A stretch of 63,939 nucleotides of DNA, the filler included, from Chiloscyllium plagiosum (lineage: Eukaryota), in the NCBI RefSeq assembly GCF_004010195.1. It is 5 parts of 2 records of this genome, joined end to end, with 100 filler letters (N's around TTAATTAATTAA, not from the genome) between each part and the next. Parts side by side here need not be neighbours in the genome. Positions count along the whole stretch, not along the records: positions 1 to 22,717 come from NC_057715.1; positions 22,818 to 35,296 come from NC_057715.1; 3 more parts are not named here. One strand, given 5' to 3'. The position numbers were made by a program, and so were the translations under genes. The notes under the pieces are model-generated. The model saw only the letters and a program-made list of their open reading frames with translations. It had not been told where the DNA came from and made no database searches. Shown here in pieces: positions 11,941-24,466 of this stretch. The stretch's first letter is position 1. Each line of letters begins with the position of its first letter.

Positions 11941-13069
11941 GTAGGGAGGAGAGAGTGATGGATCCCGCTGCTGGACAGGAAGTTCGGTCACTCATGCAAT
12001 AAGGGCTTCACCGGACTAGCATTTATTGAGAAAATGGTGGTGAGCACCCTTCTTGAACCGCTGCAGTCCATGTGCTGTTGGTTGACCTACAGTGCCTTAG
12101 GGAGGGAATTCCATGATATAACCCAGCACTTCCTGATGAAGGGCTTTTGCCCGAAACGTTGATTTCGCTGCTCCTGAACTGCTGTGCTCTTCCAGCACCA
12201 CTAATCCAGAATATATTTCCAAGTCAGGATGGTGAGTGATTTGGAGCGAATTTGGAGGTGACGTTGTTCCCCTGTATCTGCTGCCTTTGTCCTTCTAGAT
12301 GGAAGTGACTGCTGGTTTGCAAGGTGCCATCTGAAGATCTTTAGTGAATTTCTGCAGTGCGTCTTGTAGATGGTACACACTGCTAGCTACTGAGCGTCGG
12401 TGGTGGAGGGAGGGGATGTTTAAGGTGGCCAATAAGATGAAGCATGTTTATGAGAACAGTTCGTTTCAATTGAATAAGTTCGGGAAAATCAGAGATCTAT
12501 GTGTTATAAAAGCAAAACACTACAGATGCTGGGCGTCTGAAACAAACACAGAGGATGCTGGAGAAACTCAGCAGGTCAGGCAGCATTTGTGTAGAGAGAA
12601 ACAGAGTTAACTTTTCAAGTCTGATATGACTCTTCTTCAGAACTGAGTTGACATGACAACAAATCAAGTTGTTTTCTCCAGTAGCATAAATTGTTGAGAT
12701 TAGTTGAAACTTGACATTCTTGAATTTGCCCTGATGTTAATCAGTACAGAAGTTAATCATTGTCTGGTGCCCTGTGGAGCTATTTTGAATTTTTGCCGTA
12801 TAGATCACGATTTGCTTTTGTTTATAGACTCAGCAATAACTGTTCCCAAGATAGCCAGCAGGGATTGCAAGATCAGGGCCTGAGAGTTCTCTTTTGATAA
12901 ATCAAGCAACCAGCCCCCTCCAGTGGTTGAGTTTGATAAAGCAGCAAAAAAATTTACGTAGGGCCTTTCACAATCTCAGAAATGTGTGTTACTGCCAATG
13001 GTATACTTTTGAAGTTTAGGCACTATTGTCATATTAAAGGTGCAGTTAATTTGTGTAAAGCAAGTTTCC

Positions 13070-13960
13070 TGGTTTATATTAAGGATCTGGATCCTGGTGT
13101 GCAGGGGACAATTTCAAAGTTTGCAGATGAATCAAAATTTGGAAGAATTATAAGCTGTGAAGATGACAGTGTGGAACTCGGAAAAAAACATTGACATGTT
13201 GGTGGTGTGGGCAAACAGCAGATGGGGTTCAATGCAGAGACATGTGAGGCGAAGCCCCTTGGAAGGAAGAATATTGAAAGACAAAATAAAATGGGAAGTA
13301 CAATTTTAAAGGGACTGCAAGTGCAATGGAACCTGGATGTATATGTGAACAGATCATTGGCAGGACAGGTAGAGAGCAATTATTACAACATACAATATTC
13401 TCAACTTTATTGATAGGGGCATTCAGTACAAGGGCAGGGACATGATGTTGAACCTGTGCAAGATCCGTGTTAGGCCTCAGCTGGAGTATTGTGTGCAGCT
13501 GTGGGCATTACATTCTAGGAAAGATGGGAAACCTCAGTTACAAAGATAGGTTGAAGGAGTTAGGACTGATCTCATTGGAGAGATGTGATGGAGGTTTTCA
13601 AAAATCACAAGTTGGCTGGATAGAGCAGATCGGGGAAGCAAGAACTTTATCTGCTCGAAAAGGAACAGGAACAAGAGGGCGTAGATTTGAGGTGATGCGC
13701 CCAATGAAGCAAGGGTGAAGGGAAGAAAAGCTTTTTCACCCAGCGAGTAGTTAGGATCTGGAATGCGCTCCTAGAAATTTGCTGGACGCCGGTTCAAGTG
13801 AAGCATTCAAGAGGGGCATTGGCCAGGTATTTAAATAAAAATAATGAGCAAGGGTGTAGGGAAAAGCAGGAGATTGGCACAAGGTAATGATGTTCATTTG
13901 AAGAGCTTGTGCCAAGACAATGGGCCAATTGACCTTCAGCATTGTATCACTTCCATGATT
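13070..13960 (+). mobile_element. Old CR1 RT/3' fragment
   Basis: YIKDLD..ISKFADESK, QMGFNAETCE; degenerate. Confidence 0.75.
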
Positions 13961-15100
13961 CGGTGAACTTAGTACAAAGAGAAATGATAAGATAACCTGT
14001 TCCTTTTGACAATGTAGTTTGGAGGCTAAATATTGTTTGAAATTTGGCACTCTTGAGTTTGTTCTGATGAGTGCAGAATGAAAAGATTCACGGCACATCA
14101 GGCTTTTGTTCTGGAAAGCAGAAGTGAATCGCTGTCTGATATCTTTTTGAGTGTACATGACCCAAAGGATAACTTTCCTTTTCTTCTTCAGAATAGAGCC
14201 ATTGGAGCTTTTATGCAACCTGAGAGAGGCGGAGTGGGACATCAAGCAGGGTCTTGATTAATACTACATCCAGAAACAGCACCACTGATCATGTAGCTGT
14301 CCCTTCAGTACCATACCTGACCAACTGACCCACAGCAGAGACTAAGATCCCAGAATGGGGCTCGTCATAGCTCATATTGAATAGCACTACTGAGGATCAC
14401 ATCATTCAACTCAAGCAGTTTGATCTAAGCAGGGAAGAAAGCAAGCAAGATTCCTCTCATTGACCAGTACCAATGATAAACTCTCTTTGATAGATATCCA
14501 GGCGAAAATGTCAGGGATGCATGATGTCAGGTTTAGCTGCTCCATTGACAAATTAGGCAGGCAGGAGGCTAGAAGAATACAGCAAACCAAGCAGCATCAG
14601 GAGGTGGATGGCAACTGAAATTCAGTTACTTTGACCTGTGCTCGTGATAGTTGTCTCTCAATCCAGACACTCCATCTCAATGTTCTCTGAGGTGAAACAA
14701 ATTTCGGCCTTCATGCTCTTTCAACCAAACTCGAAGATTTATGGGAAAATCCGATCAATATTTTCAAAATCGTGAAAGGTTCAGGCATAGTGGAGAGAGA
14801 GAAATTGTTCCCTTAAGTGGATGAGAGAGAACACTGAGATCACTGATATGCAAAAACTGCAAAGTGAACCCAACTCTGATTTCTCTCGACAGATGCTGCC
14901 AGACCTGTTGAGACTTTCCAGCAATTTCTGTGTTTGTTTCAGATTTCCAGCATCTGCAGTTCTTTTAATCTCTTTCCTAAACTAATATTCATCTGTGTAT
15001 AGTTGACGAGCTGACCAACAGATTGACTAGCTTTCTGTTTGCTGGCAGAATTACTAGCTGCCTAACTGGGTAACAACAATAAAATTCAGAAGTTATATAT

Positions 15101-15863
15101 TGTTACGACATGGCAGGAAACTCCTCTGCTAATTAAACCAATCCCACAGAAAAGCTTACCTCACCTCGTAATCTGTTAAAGTATGAGTGACAGAGATCTA
15201 CCCAAATTCCACGATGTAAAGAAAAAATAACAATTTTATTCTTTAACTCCAAAAGTGAACATTAAACAACAACTATTTACAACTCCAAGCCTATTTTCTC
15301 TTTAAAAATTGTTATCTATCTCCCGCTCTATAACAATCTACTGACCAATAAAGCCCCTATTACATTTATAGCAACTTAATGTCTTCAAAACCAGACAGTG
15401 GCTGTTGTCTCCAGTGTCGATCTCCCCCTCTGTTTGTGGATCTCCCTGGGTTGTCTTCGGTCTTCTGCTGCAAATTAGTTTTCATTTGAAGAAAAGTACT
15501 TTTTAGAGAGTACCTTGAATAGCAGTCTTCTGTTGGCAGAAGGTGCTCTTTCTCTGGCTAACTGTCCAAAATGCCGGCTTTTAATACCCCAATCATCAGG
15601 TCATCTCATTGGTTCAATGTTGTCAAAACAGTAAAATTCAACTTTGATTAGGTTTAAGTAGGTTGGGACATAAGTTAAACTGATTGGTTCAATTCAAACT
15701 GCTGAGATAACAACTCAAGCATCGAGGTTACAGCCCAAATGTTACATCTTCAAATTGTCCAGTACACTTCATGCCTGCTGGTCAGTCACATGACAGGTGT
15801 TTGCCAGCTTTTCAGCTTTCACTCTCTCTTAAAGGTCAAGTACACATCTTCAAATTCATAACA
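15101..15863 (-). repeat. 3' LTR of the Gypsy element
   Basis: Starts TGTTACGA and ends TCATAACA (terminal inverted repeat, TG...CA). On the minus strand it is preceded by the purine run GGGGTGG (PPT-like, 15864-15870). Confidence 0.8.
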
Positions 15864-15989
15864 CCACCCCAGTTAAGAAAAACTGAACCATTATAATGAA
15901 AAGCTGGCTTCATTTATTTTTCTATTTCTTAACCCCATCACCATAAAATACAGAGGACAGTAATCTAAATTCATACTAACTTTTGCACA

Positions 15990-15994
<5 letters not shown>

Positions 15995-16028
<34 letters not shown>
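15995..16028. repeat. (TA)n microsatellite
   Basis: Pure TA run. Confidence 0.95.
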
Positions 16029-16035
<7 letters not shown>

Positions 16036-16568
16036 GTTATCTGTTCAATCTTATCTATACTTTATCCATTAAATCCACAAAAACTCATCTGCTATCACAT
16101 TCTTATGAGGTACAACATGTACGATTTGTAAATTAAAAGTCTGTAACGTAAGACTCCAATGAAATAGTCTCATAGTCTTATCTTTAAATCATTCCAAAAA
16201 TGTAACAGGACTATGATCTGTGTACACAACCATCTCCAACACATTGTTCGTGACATAAACATGAAAATGTTGGAAGGCCAGTTCCAAACTCAATAATTCC
16301 TTTTCGATTGTAGAGTATTTCCTCTGGGGGATGTTGAGTTTCTTTGAAAAGTAACCAACTGGCAGTTCAATTCCATCATCATTATCCTGTAGCAATACAG
16401 CTCCAACTCCTATGTCGCTAGCATCGATGGCATCTTTGAAGGGTTTCAAAAAGTTTGATGTAGCTAAAACTGGTGCAGTGGTTAATAAATGCTTTTAAAT
16501 TGTTAAATGCCACCTGGTGTTGTTCTGTCCAATGACATTTTGTGTTCTTTTTTAGCAAATCTATTAAT

Positions 16569-18233
16569 AGAACATAGAACGTTACAGCACAGTACAGGTC
16601 CTTCAGCCCTTGATGTTGCTCCGACATGTGGAACCAATCTGAAGCCCATCTAACTTACACTATCCCATTCTCATCCATATGCCTATCCAATGACCATTTA
16701 AATGCCCTTAAAGTTAGCGAGTCTATAACTGTTGCAGGCAGTGCGTTCTATGCCCCTACTACTCTCTGAGTAAAAACACTACCTCTGACATCTGTTCTAT
16801 ATCTATCACCCCTCAATTTAAAGCTAAGTTTACTCGTGCTAACCATCACCATCCAAGGAAAAAGGCTCTCCCTGTCCGCCCTATCTAACCCTCTGATTAT
16901 CTTGTATGTCTCTATTAAGTCACCTCTCAACCTTCTTCTCTCTAACAAAGTGTGGACTTGTTGGGCCGAAGGGCCTGTTTCTACACTGTAATGTAATCTG
17001 TAATCTAAAAAAAAACCTTCCCTCCATACCAGGCAACATCCTAGTAAATCTTCTCTGAACCTTTCCAAAGCTTCCACATCCTTCCTATAGTGCAGTGACC
17101 AGAACTGCACACAATACCCCAAGTGCAGCCGCACCAGAGTTTTGTATAGCTGCAGCATGACATCGTACCTCTGAAACTCAATCCTCGACTAATCAAAGCT
17201 AACACACCATATGCCTTCTTAACAACCCCATCAACCTGGGTGGTAACTTTCAGGGATCTATGTACATGGACACCAAGATCTCTCTGCTCTACTACACTAT
17301 CTTACTATTAGCCCAGTACTCTGCATTCCTGCTACTCCTTCCAAAGTGAATCACCTCACACTTTTCTGCATTAAACTCCATTTGCCTCTCAGCCCAGCTC
17401 TGCAGCTTATCTATGTCCCTGTGTAGCCTGCAACATCCTTCAGCACTATCCACAACTCCACCAGCCTTAGCGTCATCTACAAATTTGTCAACCAATCCTT
17501 CTACACCCTGATCCAGGTCATTTATAAAAATGACAAACAGCAGTGGACCCAAAACAGATCCTTGCAGTACACCACAAGTAACTGAACTCCAGGATGAACA
17601 TTTCCCATTAATCACCACCCTATGTCTTTTTACAGCTAGCCAATTTCAGATCCAAACCACTATCTCACCCTCAACCCCATGCCTCTGTATATTGTGCAAC
17701 AGCCTACCATGGGGAACCTTAACAAACGCCTTACTGAAATCCATATACATCACATCAATCACTTTACCTTCATTCACCTGTTTGGTCACCTTCTCAAAGA
17801 ACTCAATAAGGTTTGTGAGGCATGACCTACCCTTCACGATACCATGTTGACTATCCCTAATCAACTTCTTCCTCTCCAGATGATTATATTTGTGTTACAA
17901 ACATCCTTGCGGTACACCACAAGTAACTGAACTCCAGGATGAACATTTCCCATTAATCACCACCCTCTGTCTTTTTACAGCTAGCCAATTTCAGATCCAA
18001 ACCGCTAACTCACCCTCAATCCCATCCCTCTGTACATTGTGCAACAGCCTACCATGGGGAACCTTAACAAATGCCTTACTGAAATCCATATACATCACAT
18101 CAATCACTTTACCTTCATCCACCTGTTTGGTCACCTTCTCAAAGAACTCAATAAGGTTTGTGAGGCATGACCTACCCTTCACGAAACCTTGTTGACTATC
18201 CCTAATCAACTTCTTCCTCTCCAGATGATTATA
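16569..18233 (-). mobile_element. CR1 LINE inserted in the Gypsy RT/RH region, with a 345-bp tandem duplication
   Basis: QGSVLGPLLFVIFINDLD, and SCLTNLIEFFEKVT occurring twice. Units 17559-17903 and 17904-18248. Confidence 0.9.
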
Positions 18234-19779
18234 TTTGTGTTACAAACACAGAAAGTTCTTTTGCTTTCTCTGTTAAAGACACCTGCCAAGAACCACAAAG
18301 TAAGTCAATTGTGTGATGTAACTGGCTTGTTCAACTTTCTGTACACAGTCCTGCAATCTTGGTATTGGGTATGAGTCTGATTTCGTTACAGCGTTGGCCT
18401 TCCGATAGCCCACACAAAATCGTTGAGTCCCATCAGGTTTGGGAGCTAACATGATCGGCGAACTCGACTTGCCCTCACTTGGATCGATGATATCTTTGTT
18501 GAGCATCGCATCCACTTCTTTCAGGATCTGTGTGTCTTTGAAAGGATTAAGCCTGTAGGGGTGTTGTTTTATCAGAACAGCATTCCCTACTTCTACCTCA
18601 TGTGCAATAGTATTAGCCCTCCCCATCTTATTCCTGCATCTGTCCTGCTGCAACAACCTTTCAAGTGTGTTCTTTGCTCCTAAGATGGATAGTTCACTAA
18701 CCTATCCCACTCCTCAATGACATTCTCATTGCTAGTGTATTTTGAGGCACATCAAGCTTCACAGCATCTGGATTTGATTCCTCACTCTGCAGGGCAGTAA
18801 CTGACACCTGTTTCTCCAGTTCTTTCTCTCTATTATAATAAGTTTCAACATATTCACATGACATACTCAATATAGTTTTTTTTCTATCCAGCATATTTAC
18901 CAGATAGTTTACCTGACAACTTTTTCTCAATTTGATACGTACCACTCAACCTGGCTTTAAAGGGATCTCCTACCACTGGTAACAATACTAATACATCATC
19001 CCTATGGGAAAATGTCCAAATTTCTGAGTTTTTATCTGCCATCTACTTCATTCTATGCTGTGCACTCTTCAGGTGCTGTTTAGCTAACTCACCTACCCAA
19101 TTTAATCTCTCCCTCACCTCCAATACATAGTCCAAGTGTGAGATTTCCAACTTCAGTCCTGTCAATTTCTCTTTAATTAATTTCAAAGGCCCTCTATCTT
19201 CATGTCTGAATATTAACTCAAAGGGAGTGAACTGAGTAGATTTGTTTGGGGCATCTCTAATGACAAACAATGCGAATGGAATACCTTTATCCCAATCATT
19301 CGGGTAATCCTGACAGTACGCTCTTAACATGGTCTTCAGGGTCTGATGCCACCATTCCAAATCTCCCTGGGATTCAGGGTGATACGCACTGTATTTAAAG
19401 TGCTGTATACCTAAGCTATCCATGACTTCCTTAACAGCCTAGCAGTAAAATTAGACTCTTGGTCCGACTGAATCTCTTTGGGTAGCCCATACCGTGTGAA
19501 GAAAGCTATTAACTCTTCTATCATCGTTTTTACCTTAATACTCTATAATGGAATTACCTTCAGATATCTGGTAGACACATTCATCAAGGATAGCAAGTAC
19601 AGATTCCTCGGGCTTCTCCACAACAATGGGTGTCACTCCCACCTTGGATCCTGCTATATCGTTCCCAAGGGCAAACTATATTCCTGGAACTGATACTTTG
19701 TCAATCACTCCCACGGTTACTTCCCTAGTCTTGAGTTGGCACTCCAACGTGATCTTACTTAGGGGAACGCTAAATATCT

Positions 19780-19882
19780 TTCTTCATTCCTGAAGAAGGG
19801 CTTATGCCCGAAACGTCAATTCTCCTGTTCCTTGGATGCTGCCTGACCTGCTGCGCTTTTCCAGCAACACATTTTCAGCAGC
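19780..19882 (+). mobile_element. Short PLE-derived hammerhead insert inside the Gypsy element
   Basis: 15-bp TSD GAACGCTAAATATCT (19765-19779 / 19883-19897). Core CTGAAGAAGGGCTTATGCCCGAAACGTC. Confidence 0.85.
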
Positions 19883-20273
19883 GAACGCTAAATATCTGTC
19901 CATCTATCCCACAAATTACCACACTCTTGGGTAATAGGTCAGAAAGTGTGCAAATACATAAATCTCTTACTATTCGAGACTGGTTAGATCCTGTATCTCT
20001 CAAAATTATAACTTCTTGCCCTTCTCCCCCTGTTCTTTCTGAGTAATCTTCACCCACAGAGGTGAATTCTTTGTAGAGATCAGGTACTAACTCCATACCC
20101 AGCCCCTGCCTAGGTTGTGAACTCTCCTGCAGCTCCTTGACTTTTCTTGCGGTTTCCTTTACTACTTTCACTAATGCCACTGGCTTAGCTTCTTTTACCA
20201 CACCTTTTCCCACAATGCCTTTTTTCAATGACCAGCACTGTGACTTTGTGTGTCTCACTTTACCCCAGTGAAA

Positions 20274-21638
20274 ACATAGAATATGGAACATAGAAAAGTA
20301 CAGCATAGAACAGGCCCTATGCCCCACGATATTGTGCCGAGACTTAATCTGAATGTAAAATATAGTAACTTAACTTACACACCCCTCAACTCACTGCGAT
20401 CCACGTGCATGTCCAGCAGTCGCTTAAGTGTCCCCAATGACTTCACTTCCACCACCTCAGCTTGTAATGCATTCCATGCATTCACAACTCTCTGCATAAA
20501 GAACCTACCTCTGATGTCTCCTTTGTATCTTCCTCCTAATATCTTCAAACTATGACATCTCGGACCAGTCAATCCTGCCCTGGGGAAATGTCTCTGGCTA
20601 TTGATTCTATCTATTCCTCTCCTTATTTTGTACCCCTCGATCAGGTCTCCTCTCTTCCTCCTCCTCTCCAGAGAGAAAAGTCTGAGCTTATTCAACCTTC
20701 TTCATAAGGCAAGCCCTTCAGTCCAGTCAGCATCCTGGTAAACCTTCTTTGCACCCTCTCCAAAGTCTCTGTATCTTTCTAATAGTAGGGCGATCAGAAC
20801 TGCACACAATAGTCCAAGTGTGGTCTCACCAGGGTCTTGTAGAGCTGTAGCAAAACCTCGCAGCTCTTAAACTCGATACCCCTGTTAATGAAAGCCAAAA
20901 CACCATATGCTTTCTTAACAACTCTATCCACTTGGGTGGCAACTTTGACGGATTTATGTCCTTGCACACCCAGATCCCTCTGTTCCTCCACACTGCCAAG
21001 AATCCTGTCTTTAATCCTATATTCAGCATTCGAGTTCGACCTTCCAAAACGCATCATTTCGCATTTATCCAGATTGAACTCCATTTGCCATTTCTCAGCC
21101 CAACTCTGCATCCTGTCTCTGTCACGCTGCAGCCTACAGTAACCCTCTATACTATCGATGACACCTCTAACCTTTGTGTCACCTGCAAATTTACTAATCT
21201 CCTCATCCAAGTCATTTATAAAAACTACAAAGCGCTGAGGCCCAAGAACAGAGCCCTGCAGGATACCATTCAATACTGACCACCAGGCAGAATACTTTCC
21301 ATCTACAACCACTCTCTGCCTTCTGTCAGCCAGCTTATTCTGAATCCAGATAGCCAAATCTCCCTGTATCCCATACTTCCTGACTTTATGAATGAGCCCA
21401 CCATGGGGAACCCTGTCAAATGCCTTGCTGAAATCCATATACACCACATCCACTGCTCGACCTCATCGACCTGTCTTGACACCTTCTCAAAGAACTCAAT
21501 AAGATTTGTGAGGCATGACCTGCCCCTCACAAAGCCATGCTGACTGCCTTTAATCACACTATGCTTTGCCAAATAGTCATAAATCCTATCCCTCACGATT
21601 CTTTCCAAAACTTTGCTGACCACAGACGTAAGACTGAC
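20274..21638 (-). mobile_element. CR1 LINE inserted in the Gypsy gag region
   Basis: ORF 20794-21453 (DVVYMDFSKAFDRVPH, QGSVLGP, WQMEFN) plus 3' tail. Confidence 0.9.
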
Positions 21639-21913
21639 ACCTGAGGCCTTTCACCTGCTTTCCATCGTCTTGGGCTTCTTTTTAACCTACGGTAAACAAT
21701 TACCAGTGCTCTCTACACTTTGTTTCTTTGTGTAGGATCTCTCCTTCTCCCAATTTCTATCCCTCACGGGATGAAATTATGGCCAGAAGCTAAACTTTGC
21801 CTTATGCACCAATGCATATTCATCTGCCATCTCTGCTGCTCTTCTCACTTCTTGAACGTTCTGTTCTTCCACATCATAGAGCAATGGAGTCATAGAGATG
21901 TACTGCATGGAAA

Positions 21914-22717
21914 CACCACCCATGCCCTCCACCTCTTCCAAGACTTCCGTTTCCCCGGCCCCCAGAGCCTCATCTTCACCATGGATATCCAATCCCTCTA
22001 CACCTCCATCTGCCATGACCAGGGCCTCCAAGCCCTCCGTTTCTTCCGCTTCCAATGTCCCCAATAGTACCCTTCCACTGACACTCTCATTCATTTGGCC
22101 GAACTAGTCCTCACCCTTAACAATTTCTCCTTCGAATCCTCCCACTTCCTCCAAACCAAAGGGGTAGCCAGGGGCACACGTATGGGCCCCAGCTATGCCT
22201 GTCTCTTTGTTGGCTACGTAGAACAGTTGATCTTCCGTAATTACACCGACACCACTCTCCACCTCTTCCTCCGCTACATTGATGACTGCATTGGCGCCAC
22301 CTCGTGCTCCCGCGAGGAGGTTGAGCAATTCATCAACTTCACCAACACATTCCACCCTGACCTTAAATTTACCTGGACCATCTCTGACACCTCCCTCCCC
22401 TTCCTGGACCTCTCCATCTCCATTAATGATGACCGACTTGACACCGACATTTTTTACAAACCCACCGACTCCCACAGCTACCTGGATTACGCCTCTTCCC
22501 ATCCTACCTCCTGCAAAAGTGCCAAACCGTATTCCCAATTCCTCCGCCTCCACCGTATCTGCTCCCAGGTGGACCGGTTCCACCACAGAACACACCAGAT
22601 GGCCTCCTTCTTTAGACCGCAATTTCCCTTCCCACGTGGTTAAAGATGCCCTCCAACGCATCTCGTCCACATCCCGCACCTCCGCCCTCAGACCCCACCC
22701 CTCCAACCGTAACAAGG
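21914..22717 (+). mobile_element. Penelope-like element reverse transcriptase fragment
   Basis: MDIQSLYTSI, QTKGVARGTRMGPSYACLF, FLRYIDD, PFLDL, YKPTDSHSYL..SSHP: PLE RT/thumb motifs. Truncated by a gap. Confidence 0.9.
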
Positions 22718-22817
22718 NNNNNNNNNNNNNNNNNNNNNNNNNNNNNNNNNNNNNNNNNNNNTTAATTAATTAANNNNNNNNNNNNNNNNNNNNNNNNNNN
22801 NNNNNNNNNNNNNNNNN
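22718..22817. other. Assembly gap with artificial spacer (same at 35297-35396, 48156-48255, 61263-61362)
   Basis: Exactly 44 N + TTAATTAATTAA + 44 N at four places. Confidence 0.97.
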
Positions 22818-24280
22818 TTAAGAGGCATTTGGATGGGTATATGAATAGGAAAGATTTGGAGGGACATGGGCCGGGTGCTGGCAGATGGGACTAGATTGGG
22901 TTGGGATATCTGGTTGGCGTGGACAGATTGGACCGAAGGGTCTGTTTCCATGCTGTACATCTCTATGACTCTAGGACTCTATTTTGCCAGTGGCTCAGGT
23001 AATAGTCCAAAATAAGGAGGTCCCTAACTGCTGAAATTCTTCCAGTACTACATTCTATCAATGTTGTTGGTACCAACAGCGATAAAACCAGATGCGTCCT
23101 CTCCCAACCAAAGTCCCTCTCAGACCTTAAGAAGATTTCCTCAGTCCTTGTACCACGCTAGTAATACAGTCTTCAAGACCAGTGTTTACAAGTTGTGTTA
23201 CACAGGAAGGAGGAGCAGAGAGATTTAGGCCAGTGAGCCCCTCCAATTTAACCGGAAGCAATCCAAGAAGGCCCAGTAGCAAAAGCCTGGGAACCCAAAA
23301 CAGAACTGCAGAGTGCAGAGCAACTTTGGGGGAGTTGGTAATCTCCTTCAATTGGTTGTATAGACTGGTAGTTTATTGGCAGCACAGTGGTTAGCACTGC
23401 TGCCTCACAATGATAGGACCTGGATATGATTCCAGCCTTGGATGACTGCATGGAGGTTTCACGTTCTCCTTATGTCTGCATGGGTTTCTGCTGGATGCTA
23501 TGGTTTCTTCCCATAGTCCAAAAGTGTGCAGATTGGCAGGATCAGCCATGCTAAATTGTCCCATAGTCTCCAGGGATGTGCAGGCATGGTCGGCTAACTA
23601 TGGAAAGTGAGGGGTTACAGGGATAGGGTGGGATGATCTTCAATGGCTTATCTGTAGGGATTCTATGGGATTCTGTGACAGAGAGACCAAAGTTAATGCT
23701 CTGGGGGCATGGGTTTAAATTCCACCATGGAATCTGGCAGAATATGAAATCGATTCTAAATCTGGAGTTGAAAGCTAGTATTAGTTTCACAGATACCATT
23801 ACTAATGTTGACTGTTGTCAAAATCGAATTGTTCAGTAATTTACTTTGGGGAAAGAATTCTACTGTAGGTCTGGCTGACATGTGAGCCAAGACCCACAGC
23901 AATGTGTTTGACTCTTAACTGCCTTCTGAAAAGCAACACTCTGCTCAAGAGCAAATAAGGATGGTCAACAAATATATACCTAGCAAGAATAAAGAAAAAT
24001 TTAAAGAAAAATGCATTTATCAATAAATAATATTTTTAAAAAATGCATTCAAATCCACAAATTCTAACAGAAATGAGAACTCAACTGCAAGTTAGAAGGA
24101 AGCTGCTTTAAAGGCTAGTTGGATAGCCTTGAAACTGGGGTGAGTTGAATGCATACAGGTTGGATACTTCTAGAATAATGTGGGATTTTTACAGAAAATG
24201 CAAAGGGTTTGCAATTGCATCAGGGCCTTTACAATGTTGAAGAAATGAATTATACGGCAGATGGAGAACCATTTTCTTAC

Positions 24281-24466
24281 CATCGCTTGCTGTAATGTAC
24301 AGTCTACGCTTTCGTCCCCTAAGTCTTTCCTTTCTACTCGCACCACTTTTCATAGATTTCTCAGATTCAGAATCTTCCCTGTAGTTCACTTTTTTAGCCT
24401 GGTTCCGCTTTGATCGCCTCCTCCTCATGTCTAATATGTCACTGTAACAACTTGACCCTTCACTCT
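24281..24466 (-). CDS. RSF1: RSF1-like penultimate-type exon (186 nt)
   Basis: Encodes ESEGSSCYSDILDMRRRRSKRNQAKKVNYREDSESEKSMK..RKRRL (RSF1: RRRRSRRNQKRQINYKEDSES). Acceptor CTCTACAG, donor G|GTAAGA. Confidence 0.9.

Larger units (their letters stand above)
15101..21887 (-). mobile_element. Decayed Gypsy/Ty3 LTR retrotransposon of Gmr1 type (gag-PR-IN-RT-RH order) with nested insertions
   Basis: Minus-strand order: gag remnant (~21640-21887), degenerate zinc knuckle CFHWGKVRHTKSQCW (~20230-20273), protease LRDTGS (~20000), integrase (EIQSDQESNFT, YHPESQG..HQTLKTML; ~19040-19600), RT (QHPYR, PKPDGTQRFCVGYRK; ~18250-18660), RNase H (DASDIGVGAVL, YSTIEKELL, VYTDH; ~16070-16560), PPT, LTR. Confidence 0.88.

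Noticed and set aside
22104..22773. Long overlapping ORFs antisense or off-frame to the Penelope RT
   Set aside because: By-product of the C-rich, stop-poor composition of the element.
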